A stretch of DNA of 64,000 nucleotides, from sequence record PQ464590.1. The stretch is one strand, 5' to 3'. A program made the translations under genes and the position numbers. Below the pieces are notes generated by a model, which saw only the letters and a program-made list of their open reading frames with translations, had not been told where the DNA came from and searched no databases. Below are positions 21,143-32,045 of this stretch, piece by piece. Within the stretch, counting starts at the first letter, position 1. Each line of letters begins with the position of its first letter.

Positions 21143-21594
21143 TGCGACTCCTTCGCTTCTGTTGCGGCCTCTCGTGCTAGATCATCTGCTATTTCGTTGT
21201 AATAGTCTTTTGCGTGACCCTTTACCCATTGAAACTTACAATCATCACCCAGCACATCCAGTACTGTCCAGAGGTCCAAATTCTTTTTACATCCTTTCCA
21301 TTTAGTCTTCTTCCAACCGTGACGCCAGGTATCCATCCCCTGAACAACGTAGTTCGAATCAGTAATGACTGTAATGTTATTATTATAACCAAATGTTTCT
21401 TTGACGTACGCAATACCACTCATGGCTGCTAGCATTTCCATTCGGTTATTAGTGGTGTACTTCTCACCAAAAGATAAACGGGCAACTTCTTGGTTATCTT
21501 TCAATACTACAATACCAACGCCTCCAGGCCCTGGATTGCCTAAACATGATCCATCAGTGTATATCGTGAACATATCAAATCCATTTAGTTTCAA
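21139..21594 (-). CDS. rnhA: Ribonuclease HI
   Basis: IYTDGSCLGNPGPGG, TTNNRMEM, TDSNYV, WVKGHA, NEIADDLA. Confidence 0.95.
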   Translation of the reverse strand: MKLNGFDMFTIYTDGSCLGNPGPGGVGIVVLKDNQEVARLSFGEKYTTNNRMEMLAAMSGIAYVKETFGYNNNITVITDSNYVVQGMDTWRHGWKKTKWKGCKKNLDLWTVLDVLGDDCKFQWVKGHAKDYYNEIADDLAREAATEAKESQ

Positions 21595-22084
21595 TTATAG
21601 TGTTATTCCAGTACTCAACGATTGTTCCATCTTCGAGTACTTTTGCACTTTCCATTTCGAGGTTCACATAAGGGTTAGCGTGAATGTCAAAGTGTGCATC
21701 ACATTCATATGAACCTTGAATCTTACTTAGTACTACTGTATCAATGAATGGTAGTGCGAGTTGATAAATTCGAGATCCACCCATCACTACACAATCAGGA
21801 TTATTATGAATGATTTGTGGTAGTGAATCTTCAGACATGAACAGTACTGATGGTTCAGAATCTACTGCATCACGTTCATTGTAATCACGAGATAGTAGTA
21901 CTATATTGGTACGACCAGGTAGTGGTTTACGTGGCAAAGATTTCCAAGTCTTGAAACCCATCACGACAACCTTCCCCATAGTTTCTTCTTTGAAATGTTT
22001 GAAGTCCGCAGAACTGTGCCACGGGATGGTATTCTGGTATCCGATTCCATTATTCGTATCGGTACATAATATCATTTTAGACAT
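21575..22084 (-). CDS. frd: Dihydrofolate reductase
   Basis: GIGYQNTIPWH..ADFKHFK..T.GK.VVMG.KTW.SLP.KPLPGR.N, MGG..IY. Confidence 0.95.
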   Translation of the reverse strand: MSKMILCTDTNNGIGYQNTIPWHSSADFKHFKEETMGKVVVMGFKTWKSLPRKPLPGRTNIVLLSRDYNERDAVDSEPSVLFMSEDSLPQIIHNNPDCVVMGGSRIYQLALPFIDTVVLSKIQGSYECDAHFDIHANPYVNLEMESAKVLEDGTIVEYWNNTIIETKWI

Positions 22085-22106
22085 ATATTTTTCCTTATTC
22101 GTATCT

Positions 22107-22136
22107 ATTATATCACATCATTTAGAAATATCCCAA
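22107..22136 (-). promoter_or_regulatory. Phage-class promoter TTGGGA-18-TATAAT
   Basis: attata 22107-22112, tcccaa 22131-22136. Confidence 0.75.
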
Positions 22137-22152
22137 AAATCGTCTTTTTAAG

Positions 22153-22158
22153 TAAATA
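22153..22158 (+). promoter_or_regulatory. Late promoter TAAATA for the plus-strand membrane protein pair
   Basis: agtaaatact immediately upstream of the 22179 gene. Confidence 0.55.
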
Positions 22159-22166
22159 CTTTATAA

Positions 22167-22919
<753 letters not shown>

Positions 22920-22926
22920 GGAGTGA

Positions 22927-23589
22927 TTGAAAATGCATATCGAAACAAAAGGAAAAATCGCACGATTTCTTACTTCATTGACGTGTATTCTTTTCGGAAT
23001 GATAGTAATTTTTAATATGGAAAACATTAAAACTGCGTTAGTTAACGAGGTAATCCCTTTTGTTTATTTGCATATGAGCAAAGAGAGTAAAGAGTTAACT
23101 AGCATTAATTCAACATTCAGTACTATACTTACTGAACAAGATGAAGTAGTTGATGTTGTTCTTTATAAATTTGTACGTGTTCAAGAAAAAGAACAAACCA
23201 CTTATACTGGACAAATTGGCATTACCGCCCTTAATCGACAAGGGCGTGCTAATGTTCAAGAAACTCAGTATGGTATCGGTGATCAGAAAAAAGTCATGCA
23301 AGAAATACTATTAAATAAGGTGCACTTCGAAAACATAACTTCGATTCGTTCTGAGTGTTATGAATTTTATAGTCCACATAATAGTTTTTCATGTGAACGT
23401 TCCCCGCAAGTTAACATCGCGTACAAAACTATAGTTACTATTCCAATTTCTGATAAAGATGGTTATTCAGTAATTGGATATATTCTATTAACACTAAATC
23501 GTGAATATGATAACAAACAAATTGAACAAGTTGTCAGTGACATTCAACCACATGTTGCTGGTGTTCAACAATCAATGCTTAAATTTTAA
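22927..23589 (+). CDS. Single-TM membrane protein, T-like paralogue (copy 2)
   Basis: TM helix, VVLYKFV, Cys pair, IVTIPI...GYILLTL; 220 aa. Start may be the ATG a few codons after the called TTG. Confidence 0.45.
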   Translation: MKMHIETKGKIARFLTSLTCILFGMIVIFNMENIKTALVNEVIPFVYLHMSKESKELTSINSTFSTILTEQDEVVDVVLYKFVRVQEKEQTTYTGQIGITALNRQGRANVQETQYGIGDQKKVMQEILLNKVHFENITSIRSECYEFYSPHNSFSCERSPQVNIAYKTIVTIPISDKDGYSVIGYILLTLNREYDNKQIEQVVSDIQPHVAGVQQSMLKF

Positions 23590-23593
23590 TACC

Positions 23594-23622
23594 AAAGGGA
23601 GGCTTTATGCCTCCCTTTTCTT
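23594..23622. terminator. Bidirectional terminator between convergent genes
   Basis: aaagggaggc-tttat-gcctcccttttcttt. Confidence 0.8.
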
Positions 23623-24327
23623 TTATGCAAATTTAGCTAGATCAGCTTCGAAGTAGTCTTTACCTTTCAGTACTTTACCGTCTTCTTTACGAATGATGGC
23701 ATAGTATTTTTTATCACCGATAGTTACTTCACGAACACCAGCACCGATATAATGCTTGCTATTCTTGTCGTTCGCTGCAATACGCATGGTAATACTTTCG
23801 GTCGCATCATATTCAGATTTACAGAACTTACTCATATTAGAAGCATGGACTTCATCAAATGCACCAATAATATCCATGTTAGATGCTTCAGCAAAACGAT
23901 TCACTTCAAGGATAATACCAGTTAGACCACGACGCATAGTGATAATATCACCAACCTCAACACCACGTTTATATTGCTCAATTGCATTATGAATGTTGCG
24001 GTTCAATGCATGAGCTTCATGTGCATATAAAAGACGAGCATGACCGCTTTCGCGTTTGAACAATGGATACGCATCAATACTAATACCATAGGTTGCAAGT
24101 GCACCGTACACAACATATAGAATGTCGGATAAACCATCAACGATACCAATTAGGTCATCTCGGTATACTGATGATACCAATTCACCTTCACCACTATATT
24201 CTTCTTCAATTAGTGCAGTACGAAGAGTTGAAACATTAGTACTTTGGAAGGTTGGTTCTGAATTTACTTCCTGACCAGCAACTTTCATGAATTCTACTAC
24301 TAATTTTAGTTGTTCTTGTGTATTCAT
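23623..24327 (-). CDS. MazG/PRA-PH-like NTP pyrophosphohydrolase with an internal second helical unit
   Basis: LIEEEY..., VDGLSDILYVVYGA, AFDEVHASNMSK, DGKVLKGKDY. Confidence 0.75.
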   Translation of the reverse strand: MNTQEQLKLVVEFMKVAGQEVNSEPTFQSTNVSTLRTALIEEEYSGEGELVSSVYRDDLIGIVDGLSDILYVVYGALATYGISIDAYPLFKRESGHARLLYAHEAHALNRNIHNAIEQYKRGVEVGDIITMRRGLTGIILEVNRFAEASNMDIIGAFDEVHASNMSKFCKSEYDATESITMRIAANDKNSKHYIGAGVREVTIGDKKYYAIIRKEDGKVLKGKDYFEADLAKFA

Positions 24328-24336
24328 TGTATTCCC

Positions 24337-24591
<255 letters not shown>

Positions 24592-24601
24592 TTACTGCTC
24601 T

Positions 24602-24631
24602 ATTATATCACATTTTTGGAATGCCTCCCAA
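24602..24631 (-). promoter_or_regulatory. Phage-class promoter TTGGGA-18-TATAAT
   Basis: attata 24602-24607, tcccaa 24626-24631. Confidence 0.75.
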
Positions 24632-24633
24632 AA

Positions 24634-24801
24634 TTATTCGATTTCGTACCAGTACACAATCATGCTCTGGGGGATTCGCCACGTTCCGCGAATCTCCAAA
24701 CCGTTATCGAAAATCTGGGTAATTTCTCCACTGATTTTAGTACCGTTTAGTAGTTCAAAACAGTACTTTGTATCTGGAACAAAACTAAAAATATCTTTCA
24801 T
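24634..24801 (-). CDS. Small hypothetical protein (55 aa)
   Basis: Start reassigned to MKDIFSF (GGAG SD at 24808-24811); the longer call crosses a terminator. Confidence 0.5.
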   Translation of the reverse strand: MKDIFSFVPDTKYCFELLNGTKISGEITQIFDNGLEIRGTWRIPQSMIVYWYEIE

Positions 24802-24813
24802 AAAAAACTCCAC

Positions 24814-24838
24814 AAAAAATGGAGGCCGAAGCCTCCAA
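24814..24838 (-). terminator. Terminator after nrdB
   Basis: aaaaaa-tggaggc-cgaa-gcctcca. Confidence 0.7.
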
Positions 24839-24844
24839 TAGTAA

Positions 24845-25969
24845 TTACAGTAGATCGTCACTGAACCATTGTTCATCTAGATCATTTTCAATACCACCGT
24901 TCAAGTAAGAACTTAGTTCAGTTTCTTGAGGTGCTACTTGGATTTCAGACCCACTAATCCAGAATTCAGTCCAAGGGAGTGGATTAGACTTACCAGTACT
25001 GTAAGGACATTTTGTACTTACTGCATTCATACGGCGGGAACCAATCCAACGAATGTAGTCTTTTAGAATTTGTGCGTTCAAGCCAATGATAGAGCCATCT
25101 TTGAATAGGTAATCTGCCCATTCTTCTTCCTGGACAATAGCATCCATAAACATTTGCTGTACTTCATCATGACATTCTACTGCAATTTGTGCAAAGTCAG
25201 GATCTTCTTTCTTCAACAAACGTAGCATCATTTGGGTAGCTGCAAGGTGCAAGTTCTCATCACGACAAATTAGTTTGATGATCTTGGCGTTCCCTTCCAT
25301 TTTCTTATTCTCTGCGAATGCCCAAGAGCAAGCAAAGGAAACATAGAAACGGATACCTTCCAACACGTTGATGCTGTTCAAGCACAACCATAGTGCTTTT
25401 TTGAGTTCATACATGTCAACAACAACTTCTTCGCCATTGATAGTATGAGTACCTTCACCTAGTAGTTTGAAGTACGATCCGAGTACGTCAAGACGGTCAT
25501 AGTACTTTGAGATATCCGCTGCACAAGAAGTGATTTCTGGAATATCTAGCATAGTGTCGAATACTTCTGACGGGTTAGCATACACGTTACGAATAATGTG
25601 GGTGTATGATTTACTGTGAATTGCACCTTCAACGAATGCCCAAATACTAATAAAGTTTTCTAGTTCTGGGATTGATGCGTGCGGTAGGAGCATTAGGTTC
25701 GGTCCACGACCTTGAACGGAGTCAAGAAGAATCTGACGCTTCAAATTCGAGGTGAAGATGTGCTTTTCAACAGGAGTAAGTCCAGCGAAGTCAATTTTAT
25801 CGCGAGTAACATCTACTTCTTGAGGTAGCCAGAAGAAACCTAATTGAGATTCAGCAAGCTTATCTAGTGCTGAATATTTTACGTGCTCGAAGCGTTGAAT
25901 ATCTACAGACTCATCGAAGAACATATTCTTTTCTAAGTGAGACTTTTCATTCTTTGCAAATACTGACAT
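24845..25969 (-). CDS. nrdB: Ribonucleotide reductase class Ia beta subunit
   Basis: FFWLPQEVD, LDSVQGR, EGAIHSKSY, LEGIRFYVSFA, RDENLH, VAPQETE..SY. Confidence 0.97.
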   Translation of the reverse strand: MSVFAKNEKSHLEKNMFFDESVDIQRFEHVKYSALDKLAESQLGFFWLPQEVDVTRDKIDFAGLTPVEKHIFTSNLKRQILLDSVQGRGPNLMLLPHASIPELENFISIWAFVEGAIHSKSYTHIIRNVYANPSEVFDTMLDIPEITSCAADISKYYDRLDVLGSYFKLLGEGTHTINGEEVVVDMYELKKALWLCLNSINVLEGIRFYVSFACSWAFAENKKMEGNAKIIKLICRDENLHLAATQMMLRLLKKEDPDFAQIAVECHDEVQQMFMDAIVQEEEWADYLFKDGSIIGLNAQILKDYIRWIGSRRMNAVSTKCPYSTGKSNPLPWTEFWISGSEIQVAPQETELSSYLNGGIENDLDEQWFSDDLL

Positions 25970-25987
25970 TGTTATTTCCTTATAGAG

Positions 25988-26013
25988 AAAAATCCCGCTT
26001 CATGCGGGATTTT
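25988..26013 (-). terminator. Hairpin/terminator between nrdA and nrdB
   Basis: aaaatcccgc-ttcat-gcgggatttt. Confidence 0.65.
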
Positions 26014-26024
26014 GTATATTACTG

Positions 26025-28331
26025 TTAGATCTTACAACTATCACAATCACCTTCATCATCCGGTAGATCAGGTAGTTTGATTTCAAAGTTTCCGTCTTTA
26101 GACGCTGTTGCGGCTTCTACGTCAACTTCACCAGCACCATCATTGGTGTTCATGTAGTACAAGTTCTTCACGCCGTACTTATAGGCTAGTAGAATATCAC
26201 CTAGTAACATCTTCATGGAAAGTTTGTTATTAGGATAGTTCGCTGGATTATAACTTGTGTTAGCACTAATACTCTGGTCAATATATTTTTGTAGTACTGC
26301 AACGATTTTTAGGTATCCAGTATTGTCTTTCATTTCCCATAGAAGGGTGTATTTGTTCTTTAGTTTACCAACTTCAGGAACAACTTGTTTTAGAATACCA
26401 TCTTTAGAAGCTTTGATACTAACTAGTGATCGCGGTGGCTCAATACCATTAGTACTGTTACTGATCTGTGCACTGGTTTCTGCTGGCATTAGAGCCATAG
26501 TGGTTGCGTTACGAATACCATGTACTGCGATATCTGCACGTAAACCTTCCCAATCCATCTTATGGTCAGTACTGACTAGCTCATCAACAGTACGCTTGTA
26601 CGTATCAATCGGTAGAATACCTTTAGCGTATTTCAAGTTTTCAAAACCTTCACAACGTCCTTTTTCTTTAGCTAGCTCAACAGATGACTTGAGAAGATAG
26701 TACGACCATGCTTCTGTCCATTCGTTCATAGTCTCCAAAGCACTGTCATCGTAACGTAGACCGCGTTTCGCGAGGAAATACGCCAAGTTGATGATACCTA
26801 CACCCAGTGGACGGTAGAGGTCTGTGGCTCGTTTAGCGTGGCCTACTGGGTAGTCCTGGTAATCGAGTAGAGAGTCGAGTGCACGAACCGCTAGATCGCA
26901 AGCATTTTCCATATCTTCTGGTTTTTCAAAGTTACCCCAGTTGATTGCTGCTAGTGTACACAGGCTGATTAGACCTTCATCACCATTCACATCTTCGAAA
27001 GGAACAGATGGTAGTGCAATCTCTTGACATAGGTTACTTTGTTCAATTGGAGCTACAGTTTCATCGAACGGTGAGTGTTCATTGGTTAGGTCAATGTTCT
27101 GGATATAGATACGTCCAGTTGTAGCACGTTCGTTCATTAGCATTGTGAACACTTCAACCGCTGGGATGGTTTTGCGTCGAATACTTAGATCTTTCTCGTA
27201 TTTCACATATAGACGTTCAAACTCATCTTGGTCCGCACAGAATGCTTCGTATAAGCCAGGAACATCACTTGGTGAGAAGAAGGAGATATCACCACGTTTT
27301 ACAAGACGATTATAAAGAGTCTTGTTGATTTGGAAACAGTAGTCCATTTGACGAACACGGTTGAACTCTGTACCTTTGTTATTCTTCAGTACTACTAGGC
27401 TTTCGAACTCGTAGTGCCATAGTGGGAAGTGGATTGTTGCTGCACCACCACGAACCCCGCCCTGTGAACAGGATTTTACAGTCTTAGCTGCTGCGGCGAT
27501 GAAAGGAACAACACCAGTATGTACTGCGTCACCACTACGAATAGCAGAATCGATAGCACGTACTCGACCAAAGTTGATACCTAGACCAGCTTTACGGGAA
27601 ATGTAACGTAGGATTGCATGGTTAGAAGAACCAATACTATCTAAACTGTCACCAATGTTCAGTACTACACATGAACTGAACTGACGTGTGTTAGTACGTA
27701 GACCAGCCATAATTGGTGTTGGAAGACTAATATCGAAGTTACTGATACTATCATAGAAACGCTTCACATATGACATACGATCTTCGCCGTATTCCATAAA
27801 GATGATTGCGGACATTAGCATGTACGCCATCTGTGGAGTTTCCCAAATTTGTTTGGTCTTGCGGTTCTGGCAAAGATACTTTCCTACCCACTGTTCCATT
27901 GCTACGTATGTGAACTTATCATCACGCTTATGTTTGATGTACTTACCAAGTTCTTCAATCTCTAGAAGAGAATACTTTTCCAGTACTTCTGGATCATAGA
28001 TACCTTTGTCAACAAGGTCTTGCACATGTGCCGAGAATTTGATTGGTTCATAATCACCGTATACTTGCTTACGTAGGGAGTAGTTGATTAGACGACCCGC
28101 TACATATTGATAGTTCGGGGATTCAGCAGTGATTAGTTCAGATGCTGCTTTGATCAGTATATCGTGAATTAGTTTAGTTTCGATACCATCAAAGAATTGT
28201 AGTTGAGCACGTAGCTCAATCGCGGATACGGATACTCCGGTTAGACCTTCGCAAGCGAAGAAAAGAATTTGGTGAATTTTATCTAAGTTTAGTGCTTCCT
28301 TTGCACCATTACGTTTGGTAACGTTGATCAT
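26025..28331 (-). CDS. nrdA: Ribonucleotide reductase class Ia alpha subunit (with ATP cone)
   Basis: Start MINVTKRNG (28331); PTPIMAG, FSSC, SNLCQEI, MPAETSAQ, C-terminal CDSCKI; no intein or intron. Confidence 0.97.
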   Translation of the reverse strand: MINVTKRNGAKEALNLDKIHQILFFACEGLTGVSVSAIELRAQLQFFDGIETKLIHDILIKAASELITAESPNYQYVAGRLINYSLRKQVYGDYEPIKFSAHVQDLVDKGIYDPEVLEKYSLLEIEELGKYIKHKRDDKFTYVAMEQWVGKYLCQNRKTKQIWETPQMAYMLMSAIIFMEYGEDRMSYVKRFYDSISNFDISLPTPIMAGLRTNTRQFSSCVVLNIGDSLDSIGSSNHAILRYISRKAGLGINFGRVRAIDSAIRSGDAVHTGVVPFIAAAAKTVKSCSQGGVRGGAATIHFPLWHYEFESLVVLKNNKGTEFNRVRQMDYCFQINKTLYNRLVKRGDISFFSPSDVPGLYEAFCADQDEFERLYVKYEKDLSIRRKTIPAVEVFTMLMNERATTGRIYIQNIDLTNEHSPFDETVAPIEQSNLCQEIALPSVPFEDVNGDEGLISLCTLAAINWGNFEKPEDMENACDLAVRALDSLLDYQDYPVGHAKRATDLYRPLGVGIINLAYFLAKRGLRYDDSALETMNEWTEAWSYYLLKSSVELAKEKGRCEGFENLKYAKGILPIDTYKRTVDELVSTDHKMDWEGLRADIAVHGIRNATTMALMPAETSAQISNSTNGIEPPRSLVSIKASKDGILKQVVPEVGKLKNKYTLLWEMKDNTGYLKIVAVLQKYIDQSISANTSYNPANYPNNKLSMKMLLGDILLAYKYGVKNLYYMNTNDGAGEVDVEAATASKDGNFEIKLPDLPDDEGDCDSCKI

Positions 28332-28393
28332 TGTACGTCCTTGTTGTTTTAGAAAATGTTTTTTATTTAGGGGAATAAAAAGGCGGGATAGCC

Positions 28394-28960
28394 TTAAGCA
28401 TCCCACCCACTTACAATAAATTCAATCGTGAACGTATTAGCACTAGTATTTTGTACTGGCATTGTCATACGTTTTGATACAGCATCATATGTTGGTTCCA
28501 AGAATGTAATATCAAAGATACCATCATCTTGGTTAGTACTATTCTGCTGTGCGATTAGTGCACGCGTACCAACTACCACAATTTGCACAGTACCCGTTTC
28601 CAGTACTAAACCGTTGTCGTACGCCACGTACTGGACAAAAGCCCTGGACTTGCTTCGAATGGTAGTGCTTGTAGTTGTATTACCCTTTACATCAAATGTG
28701 TTCGGTCTATTAACCAAATCATTAATGATTTCCCAAGGAGTAAATTCCGTGATAATTTCTACGTTTTCCTTACCAGAGTTCGGTGCATTAGTCCAGTTAC
28801 GCCCAGCAACTAGAGAGGCTGGCTCTGAAGCTGCTGGAAGACCAATGAACACACGACCAACATCAGTACTGAAACCGATTTGCCCTTTCTCAAGTGCATC
28901 TGGTAAATCACGTTGCTTACCAGTTCGAACTTGTTGTAGGGCGACTTGTTGTTGTGCCAT
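28394..28960 (-). CDS. Probable virion structural protein
   Basis: 188 aa, beta-rich; late TAAATA at 28990-28995; AGGAG SD. Confidence 0.55.
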   Translation of the reverse strand: MAQQQVALQQVRTGKQRDLPDALEKGQIGFSTDVGRVFIGLPAASEPASLVAGRNWTNAPNSGKENVEIITEFTPWEIINDLVNRPNTFDVKGNTTTSTTIRSKSRAFVQYVAYDNGLVLETGTVQIVVVGTRALIAQQNSTNQDDGIFDITFLEPTYDAVSKRMTMPVQNTSANTFTIEFIVSGWDA

Positions 28961-28988
28961 AACTAAAATCTCCTATTATAGTATAGGA

Positions 28989-29546
28989 TTATTTAGTTTT
29001 TTCTTGCTGTGCTTTCACCTCGGCAATACGAGCTTCAATCATATCAGATACGAGAGTACTGTCAACTGCGTTTAGGATTGCTTCTGGTACAGCGGTTTTT
29101 AGATGTTTGATGTACGGCTGGAAAGATTTTGCTTCTTTACCTTGTAGTGCTTCTTTGATGATAGTGATGTCTTCACCTTTAGATTCAACACGAACTACAT
29201 CTTCGGTTGCGAATTCAGTTTCTACGGCGGCAGCTTCTTCATCTTGTGCTTTTGTGATTTCTTCTGGTTGAGCTTCGAACTCTGGTACTTCTTTATACTC
29301 TTCAACCAAAACCTTTGGTACTTCTGCTTCTTCACGCATCATTAGGTCAGCGATTTGTTCTGCGATTACATCAGCAGTTTGACCGCCACGAGTGCGGAGA
29401 GCTTTTACACCCTCAATTAGAGTTACGCTAATTGGAAGTGCTTCAACTTCTTCATCTGTTAGTGCTAGTAGTTGTTCTAGTTCGTAACCTTTCGATTGTA
29501 GTGCTTTGATTGTGAATAAATCTAGTTTCATTGTTCTAATTCCCAT
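28989..29546 (-). CDS. Hypothetical acidic protein
   Basis: ORF 28989-29561; start uncertain (29546 or 29531). Confidence 0.65.
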   Translation of the reverse strand: MGIRTMKLDLFTIKALQSKGYELEQLLALTDEEVEALPISVTLIEGVKALRTRGGQTADVIAEQIADLMMREEAEVPKVLVEEYKEVPEFEAQPEEITKAQDEEAAAVETEFATEDVVRVESKGEDITIIKEALQGKEAKSFQPYIKHLKTAVPEAILNAVDSTLVSDMIEARIAEVKAQQEKTK

Positions 29547-30249
29547 GTTGTATATCTCCACGCATTGTATAGTATTGTTCTACTTTAGCAATCCAAGAAT
29601 TACATGCATCTTTGAAGTCTTGTCCTTCAACTACGAATTCCTGGTATTGTAAATTTTGAGGATCTTTGCGAACGCAAATAAAAATAACGCCACGGTCTAT
29701 TGTGGTTCCGTGTTGCCAGTTGTGAGCTAATGCATACGCTGCTAACTGTAGACGGTAGTTTTCAATTTGTTTCCACGTTTTTTCTTTGCGTGAATTCTTG
29801 TAATCCATTATTGACGGGATGCCATTGTGTATCCCAACTAAATCTGTAGTACCAGCCCATAGCCCTTCGTAGTATAAAGGAACTTCTTGACCCCATACTT
29901 CGTTTATCTTAGGCCATGCTTCTCGCTGAACCACGTCTGCCATTCTACGAGCTAGCACTCGTACTGGCATTCCACCTTCATGGTCTGGTTTCCCAACTAA
30001 ACGGTTCTCCAAGTTTTCGTGCATGAAAGTACCAATTGTTGTTGCTTCAAGACATATTTCATCAGCCTTAGCATCACCAACAAAAGCACGCCATTGTTTC
30101 AATCCTTCATTGTCATCCGTCGCTGAAAGAATTGTGGTAACTGATGGTAGGTTCCCCGATGGAGTAGAATAAAGGCGACCTTCTGGGCCGCCTTCGATTC
30201 TATTGTAACCTACATAAGTATACCGTTCTACGATAGGGGGTGTGTACAT
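29536..30249 (-). CDS. PD-(D/E)XK exonuclease (RecB/Cas4/lambda-exo-like fold)
   Basis: PSVTTIL, GTFMHENLE, EVPLY, GTTDLVG, IMDYKNS, QLAAYA. Confidence 0.85.
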   Translation of the reverse strand: MYTPPIVERYTYVGYNRIEGGPEGRLYSTPSGNLPSVTTILSATDDNEGLKQWRAFVGDAKADEICLEATTIGTFMHENLENRLVGKPDHEGGMPVRVLARRMADVVQREAWPKINEVWGQEVPLYYEGLWAGTTDLVGIHNGIPSIMDYKNSRKEKTWKQIENYRLQLAAYALAHNWQHGTTIDRGVIFICVRKDPQNLQYQEFVVEGQDFKDACNSWIAKVEQYYTMRGDIQHGN

Positions 30250-30264
30250 ATTCCCTGTACTCCT

Positions 30265-30294
30265 ATTATATCACATTATGTAAATTTATCTCAT
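30265..30294 (-). promoter_or_regulatory. Phage-class promoter ATGAGA-18-TATAAT
   Basis: attata 30265-30270, tctcat 30289-30294. Confidence 0.7.
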
Positions 30295-30624
30295 TTATTT
30301 TCTTAGACTGCTGGAGGCAGCTTTTGAGGCCATATCAGAAACAATCTCTTCCGAGCTTTCTTCAGGGGCATCAGTACTGGTATCTCCTTCAGCACCAAAC
30401 GTTACTATATCACTATTTACATCCTGCACAAATGGTAATGAGCCAAGAATATCAACCATAACATTGTACGGGACATCTATATTAGTTCTCTTCTTGATTT
30501 CATTGATTAGTGCTTGAAGTTTCACTTCCTCACGACCAGTTGCAACCAATGATAGTGCAGTTGTCATGATCATTGAACGGATGTTTTTGGATGGTGCGTC
30601 TTCAGTTAGATCACTGAATCTCAT
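30295..30624 (-). CDS. Hypothetical protein (probable head-associated)
   Basis: 109 aa; begins MRFSDLTED. Confidence 0.6.
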   Translation of the reverse strand: MRFSDLTEDAPSKNIRSMIMTTALSLVATGREEVKLQALINEIKKRTNIDVPYNVMVDILGSLPFVQDVNSDIVTFGAEGDTSTDAPEESSEEIVSDMASKAASSSLRK

Positions 30625-30633
30625 ACCTTATCC

Positions 30634-31260
30634 TTATTTGGCTGGGCCAATTACACGTTTGATTTTATTTTGATTCTCGGTTAGCCAAGTTTTCATTTCT
30701 TCTTTTGATTCGAAGAACTTACGACCACGTTTACCCGCAGTACTCTCTACTTCAATACCAATACGTTTTGGTTGTGCAGATTCTTTCATAGCACGTTCAA
30801 TTGGGGTAGGTTCACCACCAGTGACATCATCCAGTTCTGCATCAGCTTCGAAATCAAAAGTTGGAGTATCAACATCTAGAGATACATCTTCCTGACCAAT
30901 GTCACTGATACCAGGAGCACTTGTAATGTCACCAGTTAGTTTTAGAGTTTCAGTACTGATCTTGTCTTTTACGTCCATTAGAGTTTTTACTGCATGTTCA
31001 AGTAGACCACTAATGTTGTTACGGAAACTTTCAGCAGACTCTAGGCCATGTTCAGCTTTGATACGGTCAAGTAGTGGTCCAAGTACGTCAACACCCATGT
31101 TGTTGATCACTTCTGCTTGACGTTGTAGTTTATCAACGATTTCGCCTTTAACCGCTAGAACGATTTCAGCTTTCTCGATGTTTGATTCTTGAAGTACAAT
31201 GTAACCTAGTGCTTCAGCACGGTTAGCAGACTCCATCATCTTAGAAAATTGTTTAGACAT
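30634..31260 (-). CDS. Probable prohead core/scaffold-type protein
   Basis: 208 aa; acidic linker; several x-x-ES motifs; TAAATA at 31294-31299. Confidence 0.45.
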   Translation of the reverse strand: MSKQFSKMMESANRAEALGYIVLQESNIEKAEIVLAVKGEIVDKLQRQAEVINNMGVDVLGPLLDRIKAEHGLESAESFRNNISGLLEHAVKTLMDVKDKISTETLKLTGDITSAPGISDIGQEDVSLDVDTPTFDFEADAELDDVTGGEPTPIERAMKESAQPKRIGIEVESTAGKRGRKFFESKEEMKTWLTENQNKIKRVIGPAK

Positions 31261-31292
31261 TATGTTATTTCCTTATATAGTCAATTCCTATT

Positions 31293-32045
31293 TTATTTAG
31301 TTATGTAACCTTCATCAACTAAGAATGTGATAACACGTTCTTTCAGCTTCTGGGCTTCTTGCTTCTTCTGAGCAATGATAGTATCTAACTCTTGAGCTAC
31401 ATCATACTTAGATTCTTTCAGTACTGCATGGCGTTTTTTGACACTCTTAAGTGCTTCCATAACAACTGCACTGTACTGAATGCTAGAACTGATAATTCCC
31501 AGTACTTTGATGTCAGAAAAATTCCGACCCTCGTTCAATAGGTTCACTATTGTCTGGGCAGCTTCAAACATCAACATGCCATCCATTAGTACTTGCCCAC
31601 TATGGTTGGATTTGACGCTATAAACTTTTGTATTCTTTGTACCCTCTAATGTACCTTCTACCAATGACCAATTGGTTTTTGGTTGTGAGTACTGTGGGGC
31701 AGAAATTGGTTGTGGATTGGGATTGTAATATGAAGTGTCAGGCTCTTCAAATACATATTCGCCTGGAATTTGTGCGTAATGATTCGCTAAGTTTTCACCC
31801 GCTCGCCAATCATCTTCATATTCATAAAGTTCATTGTGGTTGTTCATAGTACCTCTTGGTGCTTGGGGTGCATCTTCTGGATTCAAAAGATTTCCATACG
31901 CTAGGCCAACCTCATTTAGTCCTTCTAATAGTTTTCTGGTTTCATCATAATTCTGCTGGGCTGCAACGGGATCGGCAGTTCCGTCCTCGATATCATTCAA
32001 TGTACCCAGTAGACTTTCCATGAAATCTGATTCTGAATTACGCAT
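31293..32045 (-). CDS. Hypothetical protein (probable head-associated)
   Basis: 250-aa ORF in the late cluster. Confidence 0.6.
   Translation of the reverse strand: MRNSESDFMESLLGTLNDIEDGTADPVAAQQNYDETRKLLEGLNEVGLAYGNLLNPEDAPQAPRGTMNNHNELYEYEDDWRAGENLANHYAQIPGEYVFEEPDTSYYNPNPQPISAPQYSQPKTNWSLVEGTLEGTKNTKVYSVKSNHSGQVLMDGMLMFEAAQTIVNLLNEGRNFSDIKVLGIISSSIQYSAVVMEALKSVKKRHAVLKESKYDVAQELDTIIAQKKQEAQKLKERVITFLVDEGYITK

Noticed and set aside
26025-28406. ORF-track start extensions for nrdA, topoisomerase, uvsX, SSB, groES-2, 24634 and 50705
   Set aside because: The extensions cross terminators, promoters or upstream genes; the downstream ATGs fit the SD positions and/or known N-termini.
28428-29075. 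215-aa plus-strand ORF, and the many other 60-150 aa plus-strand ORFs in the track
   Set aside because: They lie antisense to well-supported minus-strand genes, lack SDs and motifs, and are expected shadows of codon bias.
29536-30249. Cas4 as part of a CRISPR or acquisition system
   Set aside because: No array or other cas genes are present; a stand-alone PD-(D/E)XK exonuclease is usual in such phages.
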